The translations under genes were made by a program, and so were the position numbers. A DNA stretch of 64,000 bases from an uncultured Desulfobacteraceae bacterium (GTDB lineage: Bacteria > Desulfobacterota > DSM-4660 > Desulfatiglandales > HGW-15): assembly GCA_964459445.1 (NCBI GenBank), contig CAYWMP010000004.1, forward strand, positions 14,469 to 78,468. The letters run 5' to 3'. Positions 10,150-20,508 of the stretch are shown here, one piece after another (the stretch's first letter is position 1; the number at the start of each line of letters is the position of its first letter). The notes beneath the pieces were generated by a model, which was not told where the DNA came from, made no database searches, and saw only the letters and a list, made by a program, of their open reading frames with translations.

Positions 10150-11298
10150 CTAAACTCCTTTTCCCTGGATAAGCCTGAGAATATTGCGAATATCCGCAGG
10201 GGTTATAAAGGTGCCGTCAATGCGGTTCGCCAGAAATACTTTGTCGGGATCATCCAGCGCCTTTCTCACCTCTTGCATAATTTGTCCCATGTTCATTTCC
10301 ACAACGATTACGAATTTCGCATACTCGCATTTTTCCTTAATCACTTCGGCCGGAAAAGGCCATATGGTTTGCAATTCCAACAGCCCCAAACGCTCTCCCC
10401 GGGCCCTGCGGTTTTCCACGACATGGAGCGCGGACCTGGCAGCGGAACCGTAAGAAATCAATATGCAGTCTGCATCATCCAAGAAGAATTCATTGATGTG
10501 GGTTATTTCATCAACATGGCCCTCGATCTTGTCCACCAGGTGCCGGAGCAGACCATAGGCGATCTGCGGATTATCCGTCGGGAAACCCCACATGTCATGG
10601 ACCAGGCCGGTCACATTGTAACGGTGGACGCCGCCGAAATCGGACATGGGCAATCTTCCATCCTCTCTCGGGAGATAGGGGTGGTAATCCGTTCCTTCGC
10701 CCACTGATGTACAGAGCCTTTCAACCAGAGGAATCTCACCCTGTTCAGGCATGATGAGTCTCTCCCGCATATGGCCTATCACCTCATCGAAAAGCAGGAT
10801 GACGGGCGTTCTGTAGGTTTCCGAAATGTTGAAGGCCTCTACGGTCATGGAAAAAAGGTCCTGATGATTGGAGGCGGTCAAGGTCACAATGGCATGATCT
10901 CCATGGGTTCCCCAGCGGCTTTGCATGACATCACCTTGACTGACGCCCGTAGGTAGCCCGGTTGAAGGGCCGCCCCTTTGAACGTTCACGATTACACAGG
11001 GGACCTCTGTCATGATGGCATAGCCGATGGCCTCCTGCTTTAGGGAAAAACCGGGACCGCTCGTGGCCGTCATGGATTTGAGGCCTGTAAGGGAAGCGCC
11101 GACAATGGCACACATTGAAGCGATTTCATCTTCCATTTGGATGAATTTGCCTCGCTTTTGAGGCAGGCGGCTTGAGAGAAGTTCGGCGATTTCCGTTGAG
11201 GGGGTGATGGGATAACCGGCGTAAAAGTCAAGTCCGGCGTATAGGGCAGCTTCAACACAGGCCTCGTTGCCTTGGATAAACATAGTTTTTTTGCTCAT
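10150..11298 (-). CDS. 2-oxoacid:ferredoxin oxidoreductase alpha subunit
   Basis: MSKKTMFIQGNEACVEAAL..YPITPSTEI..TSGPGFSL. The ORF is open to 11334, but Met at 11298 matches the family N-terminus. Confidence 0.85.
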   Translation of the reverse strand: MSKKTMFIQGNEACVEAALYAGLDFYAGYPITPSTEIAELLSSRLPQKRGKFIQMEDEIASMCAIVGASLTGLKSMTATSGPGFSLKQEAIGYAIMTEVPCVIVNVQRGGPSTGLPTGVSQGDVMQSRWGTHGDHAIVTLTASNHQDLFSMTVEAFNISETYRTPVILLFDEVIGHMRERLIMPEQGEIPLVERLCTSVGEGTDYHPYLPREDGRLPMSDFGGVHRYNVTGLVHDMWGFPTDNPQIAYGLLRHLVDKIEGHVDEITHINEFFLDDADCILISYGSAARSALHVVENRRARGERLGLLELQTIWPFPAEVIKEKCEYAKFVIVVEMNMGQIMQEVRKALDDPDKVFLANRIDGTFITPADIRNILRLIQGKGV

Positions 11299-11634
11299 GG
11301 ATTTCCAACCTTGACGGCTTCGTAAAAAATCCATCTGCCGTTCGACATGCTCACGGCCCTGAGCAAAGCCGAAGGGCGGCGTTGCGCTTCATCTTCAGTC
11401 ACTGCGGCGTACTTCTATGTACGCCTCATTCCTAAAGACTCGCGCGCCTTGCATCTGGAGCTTTTTTCTGTGCCGTCCATCTAAAGACTTATTATGAGAT
11501 TATCAACCTTCTTTAGTATCAAGAATTAAATATTAATGGGATCAAACCCGGTTTCCGCAAAACAGCTTAATTGTCTATATGACTCTAGGTTAAAGCGGCG
11601 AAGTCGCATTATATTAAATCGCGGAGCGATTTTA

Positions 11635-11874
11635 TCACTTCACTTCAATCGCGATATCCGGACAGCGAAGTTCACAGGATTTGCAGGCCGTGCAATTTTC
11701 AAGATGAGCGACAATGGCCTTTTCCTGATCATTGAGTTCGAGAACCCCCTCCGGGCAGAATTCAATACAGATTCTACAGCCTTTGCACAACTCGTTGTCG
11801 ATCTCGATTCTTGGTTTCTTCTTTCTGGCTTTCTTGGTCGTTTTTTTCACAGCAGGAACCACCCATATATTCAT
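11635..11874 (-). CDS. 2-oxoacid:ferredoxin oxidoreductase delta subunit (2x[4Fe-4S] ferredoxin)
   Basis: CKGCRICIEFCP and CTACKSCELRCP. Lies upstream of the alpha/beta/gamma genes on the same strand. Confidence 0.8.
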   Translation of the reverse strand: MNIWVVPAVKKTTKKARKKKPRIEIDNELCKGCRICIEFCPEGVLELNDQEKAIVAHLENCTACKSCELRCPDIAIEVK

Positions 11875-12081
11875 TTATTAATTCATTCCACGGATTTCTA
11901 AAGCCTACAAATATCGTGCCTAGTAGGGACTAAAATGAAATAGATCGCATCAAGACGAAACATTAAACATCGTCGTTGGGATGTCAAACCGTAGTGGCGT
12001 GAATTTTACACATGACTTAAAGGAGAATTGGAGAGATTTCAAGGATATTGTGACGGGGCGCAAATATTTTGCGCCCAATAG

Positions 12082-12368
12082 GGTTCAAGGTTGGACGGTT
12101 CAAAGTTCAAGGTTAAAGAAAAACAAAAATCGACTTGTTTCAAAATTTTAGTGATCTTTCAAATTGATGGTCATTGATGCTATTTATTGGCGCATAATCT
12201 GTTTCGAGCATTAAGAAAAAGGTATCCCCCCGTTCAAAGATGTCGCTTGCGCTGAGATGATAAAACCCTCGTATCTGACTAAGCAACGCTGGAGTCAGTT
12301 TTTTGATCAAACTGGCCGCTTAGGCGGCCAGAGGCGGCGCTGAACCTTGAACGCTGAACCTTATAACC
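12082..12368. repeat. Stutter-word inverted arms (ggttcaagg / ccttgaacc words) enclosing a ~220-bp interior
   Basis: Left arm 12082-12115 (ggttcaaggttggacggttcaaagttcaaggtt) is imperfectly complementary to right arm 12340-12368 (ctgaaccttgaacgctgaaccttataacc). Confidence 0.55.
12267..12345 (+). repeat. 79-bp perfect repeat, copy 1 (two terminator-like hairpins)
   Basis: Identical to 46914-46992. Hairpin CTGACT-N12-AGTCAG plus T6 at 12275-12304; hairpin CTGGCCGC-TTAG-GCGGCCAG at 12312-12331. Confidence 0.9.
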
Positions 12369-12380
12369 TAATTTGTCGCA

Positions 12381-13145
12381 TTATTTTTTTCGGTTTTCGA
12401 AAGTTTGGAGGGATTCCTGCCTTTCTTTTGTGGAGACGCAGGTCAAGCAGGCCTCAATTTCAAAATCCATGAGGGCATCGAGACTCACTTCGCCCCTCGC
12501 CATATTGAGGCCCTTTTTGATCATGGCAATAGAGAAGGCTGAATTTTCGGCGATCATTTTTGCCATAGCAACGGCCCCCTCCATCAGTTGATCAAGGGGA
12601 ACGGCTTTGTTGACGAGACCGATCCTTTCGGCCTCTTTTCCGTCAATGTTTTGTGCCGTGAAAAGAAGCTCTCTCGCCTTGCCCGGGCCCACTAAATCCT
12701 GCATGAGCCGAAAGGCGCCCCCAGTGATGGAAGAGGTCACACGGGCTTCGGGTGAGCCGATCTGGGCGTCTTCAGCGGCAATGCGTATATCACAGGCGAG
12801 GGCCAATTCATACCCTGACCCCAAGGCATAGCCGTTAATGGCGGCTATGGTGGGTTTTGGGAAGCGAATAATCCTTCGCGAGGTCTCCTGGAGTTCCACC
12901 AGATAGGCGCGATAATCCTCAATGCTCCTATCCTTTGATTCCTTCAGGTCAGCGCCCGTGGAAAAGGCCCTCCCTTCACCGGTGATAATGAGGGCCTTTA
13001 TCTGGGGATCATTTTCCACATCATCCAGGGCCGACTGAAAATCCAGCCATAGTTGTTTGTTCATGGCGTTTAATACTTTAGGGCGATGAAGCTTGATGAT
13101 GGCAAAATCCGCTTCTTTCTCATAGATGATGCATTCATAATCCAT
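12381..13145 (-). CDS. Enoyl-CoA hydratase/isomerase (crotonase) family protein
   Basis: KVLNAMN..ITGEGRAFSTGADLKE..INGYALGSGYELALACD. Confidence 0.85.
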   Translation of the reverse strand: MDYECIIYEKEADFAIIKLHRPKVLNAMNKQLWLDFQSALDDVENDPQIKALIITGEGRAFSTGADLKESKDRSIEDYRAYLVELQETSRRIIRFPKPTIAAINGYALGSGYELALACDIRIAAEDAQIGSPEARVTSSITGGAFRLMQDLVGPGKARELLFTAQNIDGKEAERIGLVNKAVPLDQLMEGAVAMAKMIAENSAFSIAMIKKGLNMARGEVSLDALMDFEIEACLTCVSTKERQESLQTFENRKK

Positions 13146-13426
13146 TCTTCATCTCCAGAGCCAATTTCAAAACGCCCGATTTTGGTCAATCTTCCGTCAT
13201 CGCTATCCGCCGCCGCCAAGGCTGTGGCGAACAAGAAGCTACGACGGGACAAGCGGCGTCAGACTCAAATCTCAATCCTCAAAATACTACATGTATTCCT
13301 GCGGTTAAGATTTTCGTCTTCCTTGACCCAGGCCAAACTTGAACGTTTTGAAAATGCCTCGCAAAAGAAATCAATTTCATTAACATAGTTTAGGGTTCGA
13401 AGGTTTAATCTGAAAACCGGGACCGA

Positions 13427-15574
13427 TCAATCAGTTTCTTCCAATTCTTCAAGAATCACCCGGGAATCAACAATGGATAACCCCTCTTCATGGACAATGA
13501 CCGGATTGAGATCGAGCTCTTTGATTTCCGGATTGTCCATGGCAATATCAGAGATCTTGGCGAGCAGCTCTTTTATGGCCTCGATATCCTTTGGGCTTTC
13601 ACCTCTTATACCAGTCAGAATAGAATAACTCTTTATCTCTTTGATCATTTCATCAATATCTTTATCCGCCAGGGGAGCGATCCTGAATGCCACATCCTTC
13701 ATGACCTCCACAAAGATCCCTCCCAAACCGAACATGACGACGGGTCCAAATTGAGGATCCCGAATCATTCCAATGATGCATTCCTGATCTTTCGAGATCA
13801 TGGGTGAGACCAGGGCGCCCACGACACGATCCTCTGTCGTCACTTTGCTGGCATTGGCCATGATCTCTTGGAAGGCCAGTTCTACCCCTTCCCTGTTCTT
13901 GAGTTCCAGCTTTATGCCTCCTGCGTCAGATTTGTGTAGGATATCAGGGCAAACCACTTTCATAGCCAGCGGATAGCGAATACTATCAGCCGCATCGGTG
14001 GCTTCCTCCAGGGTGCAGGCCAAGACTGCTTCGGGAAGAGAGATTCCGTATTCTATAAGGAGTTCCCGCGACTCGGTCTCCAAAAGGCTGGTCCGTTTTT
14101 CTCTCTTTACCTTCGTCAATAGCGCCCTAACCTTCGGCCGCGGATCTCCTTTTCCATTGAGCGGCCTCATATGCCGCATTTTTTTCTGGTTGACGGCAAA
14201 GGTCATCAGGGCGCCCAGGCACTGGGCAGCCCTTTCAGACGACTCCATTACGGGCACGCCGGCCTCTTTTAGGATGTTGAGGGAATCAATGGAGTCCCTC
14301 GCATAACTTGTATGAACAAAAAGAGGTTTTGCGTTATTCTCGACAAGGTCCACCAGTTGGCGTGCCGTGTTCTCCTCCAAAGCCGCCACATGGGACGCAA
14401 TGATATCCTTAAACCCCCCGAAAAAACCGGTCATATGAACCGCGTCCACTTCATCCGTTTCCATGCACACCTTCACACATTCCGCGATCATTTGAGGGTT
14501 TTCTTCGGCTGTACCGCCGTAATCGATAGGATTTGAGGCCGGCATGCCTTCGAGCAGGAAAGGTCTCATCCTCTGTTGCGTATCCTCAGAGAGAATGGGG
14601 ACCTCCATACCATAGGTTTCGGCATTGTCCGCAGCTATGGAATTGTCCCCGCCGCCCTCTGATAGAATAGCCACGCGCCTTCCTTTAGGCAGGGGACAAT
14701 GGCTGAATATTTCTGCCATATCAAACAGTTCGTCAACGTTGGTCACTCTTACGATACCTGCCTGTCTGAAGGCGGCATCAACAATGACATCATCACCCGC
14801 AAGGGATCCGGTATGGGAAGCGGCCGCCCTTGCGCCAGCTCCCGACCTGCCGACTTTGAGAGCAATAACGGGCTTTTCTTTGACGGTTTCCTTCACAACC
14901 CGCACCAGCCTGTTGCCGTCCTTAATGCCCTCCAAATAGGTTACGATAACCCGGGTATCGGGATCATCTTTCAAGTATTCGATATACTCGGGGAAGCTGA
15001 CCCCGATGGCATTTCCCAGGCTCATAATCTTGCTAAAGCCGACACCCCTTGTCCCGGCGAAGTGGGTCAGGGAGTCGATGACATTGCCGCTTTGAGCAAG
15101 GACGGAAATCGTCCCGCCTTTAAGGCGAGGCACGCCCAGTAGGTTCACCAGGGCGGAGGCACTGAACATCCCACTGCAATTGGGCCCTATAATATAGGTA
15201 CCGATCCTTGCGGCTTCATCCAGGATATCCGCTTCAATCCTTTTTCCCGCTTCCCCGGACTCTCCCAATCCTGCTGTGATGATGATGATGCCTTTGGCCC
15301 TTTTTTGAACGCATTCTTTTACAGATTGAGCAACAAATCTGGGGGCCACGACGATCATGGCCAGATCGATTTCATTTTCGACATCCAGAACGCTCTTGTA
15401 GGCCCTTCGACCGAAGATCTTGTCTCTCTTGGGATTGATGGGGTAGATCTCTCCCTTGTAGCCGCCTTCCAGAAGACTGCGGGTTCTTCTTTCCGCTGCC
15501 TTCCCAGCGACTTCGGAGGCGCCGATGATCGCGATGGATCGCGGGTTAAACACCCCTTCCAGAGAATTCGTCAT
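13427..15574 (-). CDS. ADP-forming acyl/acetyl-CoA synthetase (fused CoA-binding alpha and ATP-grasp beta domains)
   Basis: SIAIIGAS.., GPNCSG, SQSGN and ASHTGSLAG motifs, then a C-terminal ATP-grasp region (YPLAMKVV..DAGGIKL). Confidence 0.85.
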   Translation of the reverse strand: MTNSLEGVFNPRSIAIIGASEVAGKAAERRTRSLLEGGYKGEIYPINPKRDKIFGRRAYKSVLDVENEIDLAMIVVAPRFVAQSVKECVQKRAKGIIIITAGLGESGEAGKRIEADILDEAARIGTYIIGPNCSGMFSASALVNLLGVPRLKGGTISVLAQSGNVIDSLTHFAGTRGVGFSKIMSLGNAIGVSFPEYIEYLKDDPDTRVIVTYLEGIKDGNRLVRVVKETVKEKPVIALKVGRSGAGARAAASHTGSLAGDDVIVDAAFRQAGIVRVTNVDELFDMAEIFSHCPLPKGRRVAILSEGGGDNSIAADNAETYGMEVPILSEDTQQRMRPFLLEGMPASNPIDYGGTAEENPQMIAECVKVCMETDEVDAVHMTGFFGGFKDIIASHVAALEENTARQLVDLVENNAKPLFVHTSYARDSIDSLNILKEAGVPVMESSERAAQCLGALMTFAVNQKKMRHMRPLNGKGDPRPKVRALLTKVKREKRTSLLETESRELLIEYGISLPEAVLACTLEEATDAADSIRYPLAMKVVCPDILHKSDAGGIKLELKNREGVELAFQEIMANASKVTTEDRVVGALVSPMISKDQECIIGMIRDPQFGPVVMFGLGGIFVEVMKDVAFRIAPLADKDIDEMIKEIKSYSILTGIRGESPKDIEAIKELLAKISDIAMDNPEIKELDLNPVIVHEEGLSIVDSRVILEELEETD

Positions 15575-15616
15575 TTCATGTTCTCAGGTCGTTTTGTATA
15601 TCTCTAGGCGTTGCTT

Positions 15617-16066
15617 TCAACGGTAATGAAGCACAGGCACTGGGGCGTGGCGGAACATCTTTTCGGCCACTGAACCGACCAATGCATGCTCCAGATCCGT
15701 GCGCCCTTTAACCCCCATGACAACCAGGTCAACGCCCTCTTCTTTGACCACATTCACCAGTTGATTGAAAGGGTGTCCCATCTTGAAGACCACCTTCACA
15801 TTCTCTTTGGCATAGGCCGTGTTTGCGAGCATTTTATCCAATTCGGCCCGGTGATCTTGTTTGACACCTTTGATATAATCATCGGTATTAACCGAGTAAC
15901 CCATGGACTCCACGCTGCTTACGGCTTCAACGTCACGGCGATTAATGACGTTTGCCACAACAAGCTGGGCTTTCAGATCACCAGCCAATTTGGCTGCATA
16001 CTCAAGAATGGCAGGGGAATATTTTGAGAATGCAATAGCCACCATTATTTTTTTTATCTCACTCAT
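15617..16066 (-). CDS. Universal stress protein (UspA family)
   Basis: KIMVAIAFS..., ..DLVVMGVKGRTDLEHALVGSVAEKMFRHAPVPVL. Met at 16066 is preceded by GGGAGA. Confidence 0.8.
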   Translation of the reverse strand: MSEIKKIMVAIAFSKYSPAILEYAAKLAGDLKAQLVVANVINRRDVEAVSSVESMGYSVNTDDYIKGVKQDHRAELDKMLANTAYAKENVKVVFKMGHPFNQLVNVVKEEGVDLVVMGVKGRTDLEHALVGSVAEKMFRHAPVPVLHYR

Positions 16067-16324
16067 AATTGTCTCCCGATTGTTGTTTGTCCTTTGCCGA
16101 TGTGTGCACTTTAGGCGCAAAAACAGAGAACTTCGGCTGGAACGAAGGGACGTTGCGACGGATAGCTGAAACAAATATTACTTGGCCGCCCCGTCTCTCC
16201 GCTTTTTCACCCATTGTTCCCGCAGAATAACTGCAGGATCATACGCGCAGCCGTATGTCCAATGGCGATCGAGATTGCATAAATTCCGCAATATTCAATC
16301 GTCAATCTAAAATCTTCAATTTTA

Positions 16325-16819
16325 CTAATCGCCCGTCTTCAGCGTTCGGACTGCAAGAGCGCGGTAAGCCCGCTTATGAACCATGCGGTCGGTATAATGA
16401 TAGCCCCGCTGATAATTGAACACGCCGGCCGTCACATTCTGCTTTTCCGAAGACCACACCCATCCGCAGCTCAATCGAATTTCAGGGACGATTTTGACCC
16501 ATTGACCGCAGTCGCTCTCATAACCCTTATTGTCTTTGACGTACAGACTCTTAAGTTCCTCAAGGGTCGGCAGCCTCCAATTTTCCCTCTTTTCCATGGG
16601 CAGGCTAAAGGGAAAGGTATACTTGATCCATCGCTCTGCGCCTTTCCAATCGATATCCCCTTGATTGTCAGCCTTGGACCACAGGAGGCCTAACTGATGA
16701 TCGGTTACGGTGCCATCCCCGTTGTCTGTGAAACGTTCACCTGCATGGGTCCAGGCGACGCAAAGGAAAAGGCAGATGACCGTCATACCCACAAGCCTAA
16801 CTGATCTATTAAACATCAT
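16325..16819 (-). CDS. Secreted DUF1566 (Lcl C-terminal-like) domain protein
   Basis: Signal-like MMFNRSVRLVGMTVICLFLCVAWTHA, then VTDHQLGLLWSKAD..WRLPTLEELKSLY. AAGGAGGG RBS lies before 16819. Confidence 0.6.
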   Translation of the reverse strand: MMFNRSVRLVGMTVICLFLCVAWTHAGERFTDNGDGTVTDHQLGLLWSKADNQGDIDWKGAERWIKYTFPFSLPMEKRENWRLPTLEELKSLYVKDNKGYESDCGQWVKIVPEIRLSCGWVWSSEKQNVTAGVFNYQRGYHYTDRMVHKRAYRALAVRTLKTGD

Positions 16820-16856
16820 TCCCTCCTTTTCATATGCCATGAACGCCTTTAGACCC

Positions 16857-18932
16857 CTAGGCAGGTGCAACTGTTTCTGCATCCATAGGAATCCTGGGTC
16901 TTTGTAATAGGTAAACAGCGCCGAAAATGGCCAGTCCAATGAGGTATGTCCAGTAGCGTTGCTCATGGGCCAACCCGATCCAGCTTGCGATAAGGTCGGG
17001 ACGCATGAGGACCAGTGTGATTACAAGGAAAATGGGGATCTCGTAGACCCGGTTTTTGGCTACGAACCATCCCTGCGTGGCCGCTGCAAAGGCGAAATTC
17101 CCGCCACAGGTCATGATAAAGATGAGTATGGCCTGCGGCCAGCTATAAATGTTGTGCAGGATGATGTCGGTATTGAAGATGAACATGAATGGCAGGATAG
17201 CCGTTCGGATATCGTACATGAATCCCTGCAAGCCGGTAGGTATAGGTGGCGACTTAGCAATGGCAGCCGCAGCATAGGCCGCCAGACCAACCGGTGGGGT
17301 GTCATCCGCCAGGATTCCAAAATAGAAACAGAACAGGTGTGCGGCCATGAGAGGAACGATAAAATCCACATACCCCCCAAGTTCCACAATCACGGGCGCC
17401 GTGAGTGAGGCCATAACAATATAGGTGGCCGTGGTCGGCAGCCCCATACCGATGATCAGACTCGCGATGGCTGTGATGACCAACAATGCATAGATGTTGC
17501 CTCCGGAGATGGTGTCGATGACCTCGGTGATGAGCCCCCCTAAACCCATGGCGACCACACCCACAATGATTCCGGCTGCGGCGGTAGCCAGGGCAACGGA
17601 GCACATGTTTCTTGAGCCTGAAACCAAGGCTGAGAAGATTTCGGTGATGCCCACCTTAAATGCCGGACCGATAGGTTGCTTATTCCTGTAGGCCTGAATC
17701 GGGCGTTGGAAAAACATAACAATGGCCATGATCCAAATGGCGTTGAAGGCGGCCAATTCGGGGGAATGCCTGGCTATGATCAACTCATAGAGCAACACAC
17801 ACAGAGGGACAAGGAAGTGTACGCCACTGAGAAGTGTTTTAAAGAAAGGAGGCAGTTCTTTGCGGGGGATGCCCCTTAGACCGAGTTTCGATGCCTCAAG
17901 ATGGGTGATGTAGAAAAGGGCCGCATAGGAGGCAAAAGCCGGTATGGCAGCGGCCTTGATCACCTGCACATAGGGTACATTTACATATTCGGCGATAATA
18001 AAAGCTGCCGCCCCCATGATGGGCGGAGCAAGTTGTCCGTCCGTGCTGGCGGCCACTTCCACGGCGGCCGCCTTTTTTGCTGGATATCCCACTTTCTTCA
18101 TCAAGGGGATGGTAAAGGTGCCCGTTGTGACGATATTGGCGATACTTGAGCCTGAAACCAGGCCCGTAAGTCCGCTGCCCATGATAGCCGCCTTGGCCGG
18201 GCCCCCTTTGAAACCGCCCAGCAGACTCAAGGCAAGCTGGATAAAATATCTCCCCCCGCCGGCCTTGTCGAGCATGGCCCCAAAGAGGACGAAGAGGAAA
18301 ACAATGGTCGCAGACACATCAAGGGGGATACCGTAAATCCCCTCGGTGGACATGGTGATCTGACCCATGAACCGGCCAAGGGAGACACCCTTAAAGGCGA
18401 TGAGATCCGGCATGTATGGACCTAAAAAGGCGTAGGCACAGAAAAATGTCGCTATGACCGATAGGGCCGGACCGATTACGCGACGGGAAGCCTCCAACAA
18501 CAGAACCAAAAGGGCAAGGCCAATGACAACATCACGGGGAATGGGAGCGCCGTAACGGGTATTTATCCCAGCGTAATCTAAAGCAATATAGATTGCAGCA
18601 AAGCAGGCAATGATCGCAATGCCAAAATCAAAAATGGGAATTCGTCTTTTGGCTGAAAGAAATTTAAGACCCCACCGTGTTTCTTTGAATAAGGGATAGT
18701 TCAAAAAGACCATCAAAAGGGCAAATCCAAGGTGAATCGCTCTGATAAAGACCGTATCCAGGATGAGCCAACTGGCGATGGAAAGTTGAAACAGGGCCCA
18801 GACAACGCCAATGGTTGGGATTATCCATTTAACGGGACCTAATGGCCTTCTTCCAACGCCCTCTTCCTCTTCGGCCATCCGTTTTGCTAATTCGAGACCT
18901 TCGTCATTTTTTTCTAGTTGATTGTCAGTCAT
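16857..18932 (-). CDS. TRAP transporter fused permease (TAXI-type 4TM/12TM fusion)
   Basis: 691-aa polytopic membrane protein immediately downstream of the TAXI binding protein. Confidence 0.85.
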   Translation of the reverse strand: MTDNQLEKNDEGLELAKRMAEEEEGVGRRPLGPVKWIIPTIGVVWALFQLSIASWLILDTVFIRAIHLGFALLMVFLNYPLFKETRWGLKFLSAKRRIPIFDFGIAIIACFAAIYIALDYAGINTRYGAPIPRDVVIGLALLVLLLEASRRVIGPALSVIATFFCAYAFLGPYMPDLIAFKGVSLGRFMGQITMSTEGIYGIPLDVSATIVFLFVLFGAMLDKAGGGRYFIQLALSLLGGFKGGPAKAAIMGSGLTGLVSGSSIANIVTTGTFTIPLMKKVGYPAKKAAAVEVAASTDGQLAPPIMGAAAFIIAEYVNVPYVQVIKAAAIPAFASYAALFYITHLEASKLGLRGIPRKELPPFFKTLLSGVHFLVPLCVLLYELIIARHSPELAAFNAIWIMAIVMFFQRPIQAYRNKQPIGPAFKVGITEIFSALVSGSRNMCSVALATAAAGIIVGVVAMGLGGLITEVIDTISGGNIYALLVITAIASLIIGMGLPTTATYIVMASLTAPVIVELGGYVDFIVPLMAAHLFCFYFGILADDTPPVGLAAYAAAAIAKSPPIPTGLQGFMYDIRTAILPFMFIFNTDIILHNIYSWPQAILIFIMTCGGNFAFAAATQGWFVAKNRVYEIPIFLVITLVLMRPDLIASWIGLAHEQRYWTYLIGLAIFGAVYLLQRPRIPMDAETVAPA

Positions 18933-19121
18933 TTTGGTCTCCCGGGGTTATGAATTTGAAAGCCCTCATTTTGGGCGGCGCTCCGGTCAAATTGCGCGGA
19001 GCACAAAAGAGTCATTGCCGAAAAACAGAAAAAAGGAATGGGGTGGATGATATCGTTTTTTATCCGATTTTGAGGTTTGGAAGGGACGGCAGTTGAGGCT
19101 GCCGTCCCTGAGGTTGATCTG

Positions 19122-20102
19122 CTACATAAGACCGGCTTCTTTGTAATACTTCATGGCGCCCGGATGAATAGGTGCGCTCATGCCTTCCAGCATGTTTTTC
19201 TTTGTGAGCACCTGATAGGCGGGATGCAGTTTTTTAAAGGCCTCAAAATTGTCAAAGACCTCTTTCGTGATGGCGTAGACGACATCGTCCGGAACTTTAG
19301 CGGATGTGACAAAAGTGGCTTTCACACCAAAAGTAGCTACATCGCCTTTATTGGTGGATCCGGGATAGAGCTTGATGGGAATGAAGGCCTTAGCATAGTA
19401 GGGGAACTTTGAAAGGAGACCACTCACATCGGTAATGGGAACAAAGTGGACCTTCCTCTTCCCTGCCGTGGCCTCTTTGATCGCTCCACTGGGATGTCCC
19501 ACGGTGTAAAAGAAAGCATCGATACGGCCATCCTGAAGAAGCCCGGGGGCCTCAGCCGCCTTTACGCCCTCAGCCTTGAGAGCCGAATTGAAGTCAAGGC
19601 CCGCATTATCGAGGGCGTCGATGGAGTTCTGGCGTTGCCCGGAACCGGGGTTGCCGATGTTGACCCTTTTGCCCTTGAGATCCTGGATACCTTTAATTCC
19701 AGAGTCGTCTGCAGCGACCAGGGTGATGGATTCGGGATGGATGGTAAACATGGCCCTGAGATCCTTTTGGGGACCTTTGTCCTTCCATTCCGCGAGACCT
19801 TTCCAGGCTTGATACTGGCGGTCGGACTGGACCACGCCGAAGTCAAGGTCGCCGGACATAATAGCGTTCACATTAAAGACAGAACCACCGGTTGACTCGA
19901 CGGTAGCTCGAATCCCGTACTGTTTACGTTTCTTGTTAACAATCTTGGCAATGGCGCCGCCGGTGGGATAATAAACGCCCGTGATGCCGCCGGTGCCGAT
20001 GGTGACGAATTTGGTCTTGGCCTGGACAGGCGCCGATGTTGCGCCGGTCAACAAGACAACTCCGACCAATACAACCAATCCAACAATAAAGAACTTCTTC
20101 AT
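19122..20102 (-). CDS. TAXI-family TRAP transporter solute-binding protein
   Basis: Signal peptide, then TIGTGGITGVYYPTGGAIAKIVN. Confidence 0.85.
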   Translation of the reverse strand: MKKFFIVGLVVLVGVVLLTGATSAPVQAKTKFVTIGTGGITGVYYPTGGAIAKIVNKKRKQYGIRATVESTGGSVFNVNAIMSGDLDFGVVQSDRQYQAWKGLAEWKDKGPQKDLRAMFTIHPESITLVAADDSGIKGIQDLKGKRVNIGNPGSGQRQNSIDALDNAGLDFNSALKAEGVKAAEAPGLLQDGRIDAFFYTVGHPSGAIKEATAGKRKVHFVPITDVSGLLSKFPYYAKAFIPIKLYPGSTNKGDVATFGVKATFVTSAKVPDDVVYAITKEVFDNFEAFKKLHPAYQVLTKKNMLEGMSAPIHPGAMKYYKEAGLM

Positions 20103-20508
20103 GACAACCTCCTTTTCGGTAATAGATGATCGTTTTGGTTAACAGTTTGCTGGATGAAATTGGTTATTTGTTTACCGCCTTTTTCATTGAGCAGTTCCCC
20201 TCAAAAGAGGGTCGGGTTTCAATATCATTCACCTCCTTTCGAAATCGGAATAGTTAATTCAATCTTCATCGATTTAAGAGTCGCTTAGGTGTTGTCTGTT
20301 TCTAGGAATCGGTTATTGGTTTTGGGATAATGATAATCAAAATTGCATCTTAATTAATCAAGAAATATTGAATATCAAATGGTATATGCATGGGCAACGA
20401 TTAAATGATAACGAATAACTCCCGATTGAGCATTTTTTCGCTCAGATGGGGATCAAACTTACACCGTTGAAGCCGAGACCGTAAAATTCAAACAATTCAA
20501 AAGCGTCT

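Noticed and set aside
11340-11400. Segment translating to LPFDMLTALSKAEG, reminiscent of peptide-like words produced by GC-rich repetitive elements in other genomes.
   Set aside because: This is only a vague resemblance from memory. There is no second copy in the window and no way to verify it here.
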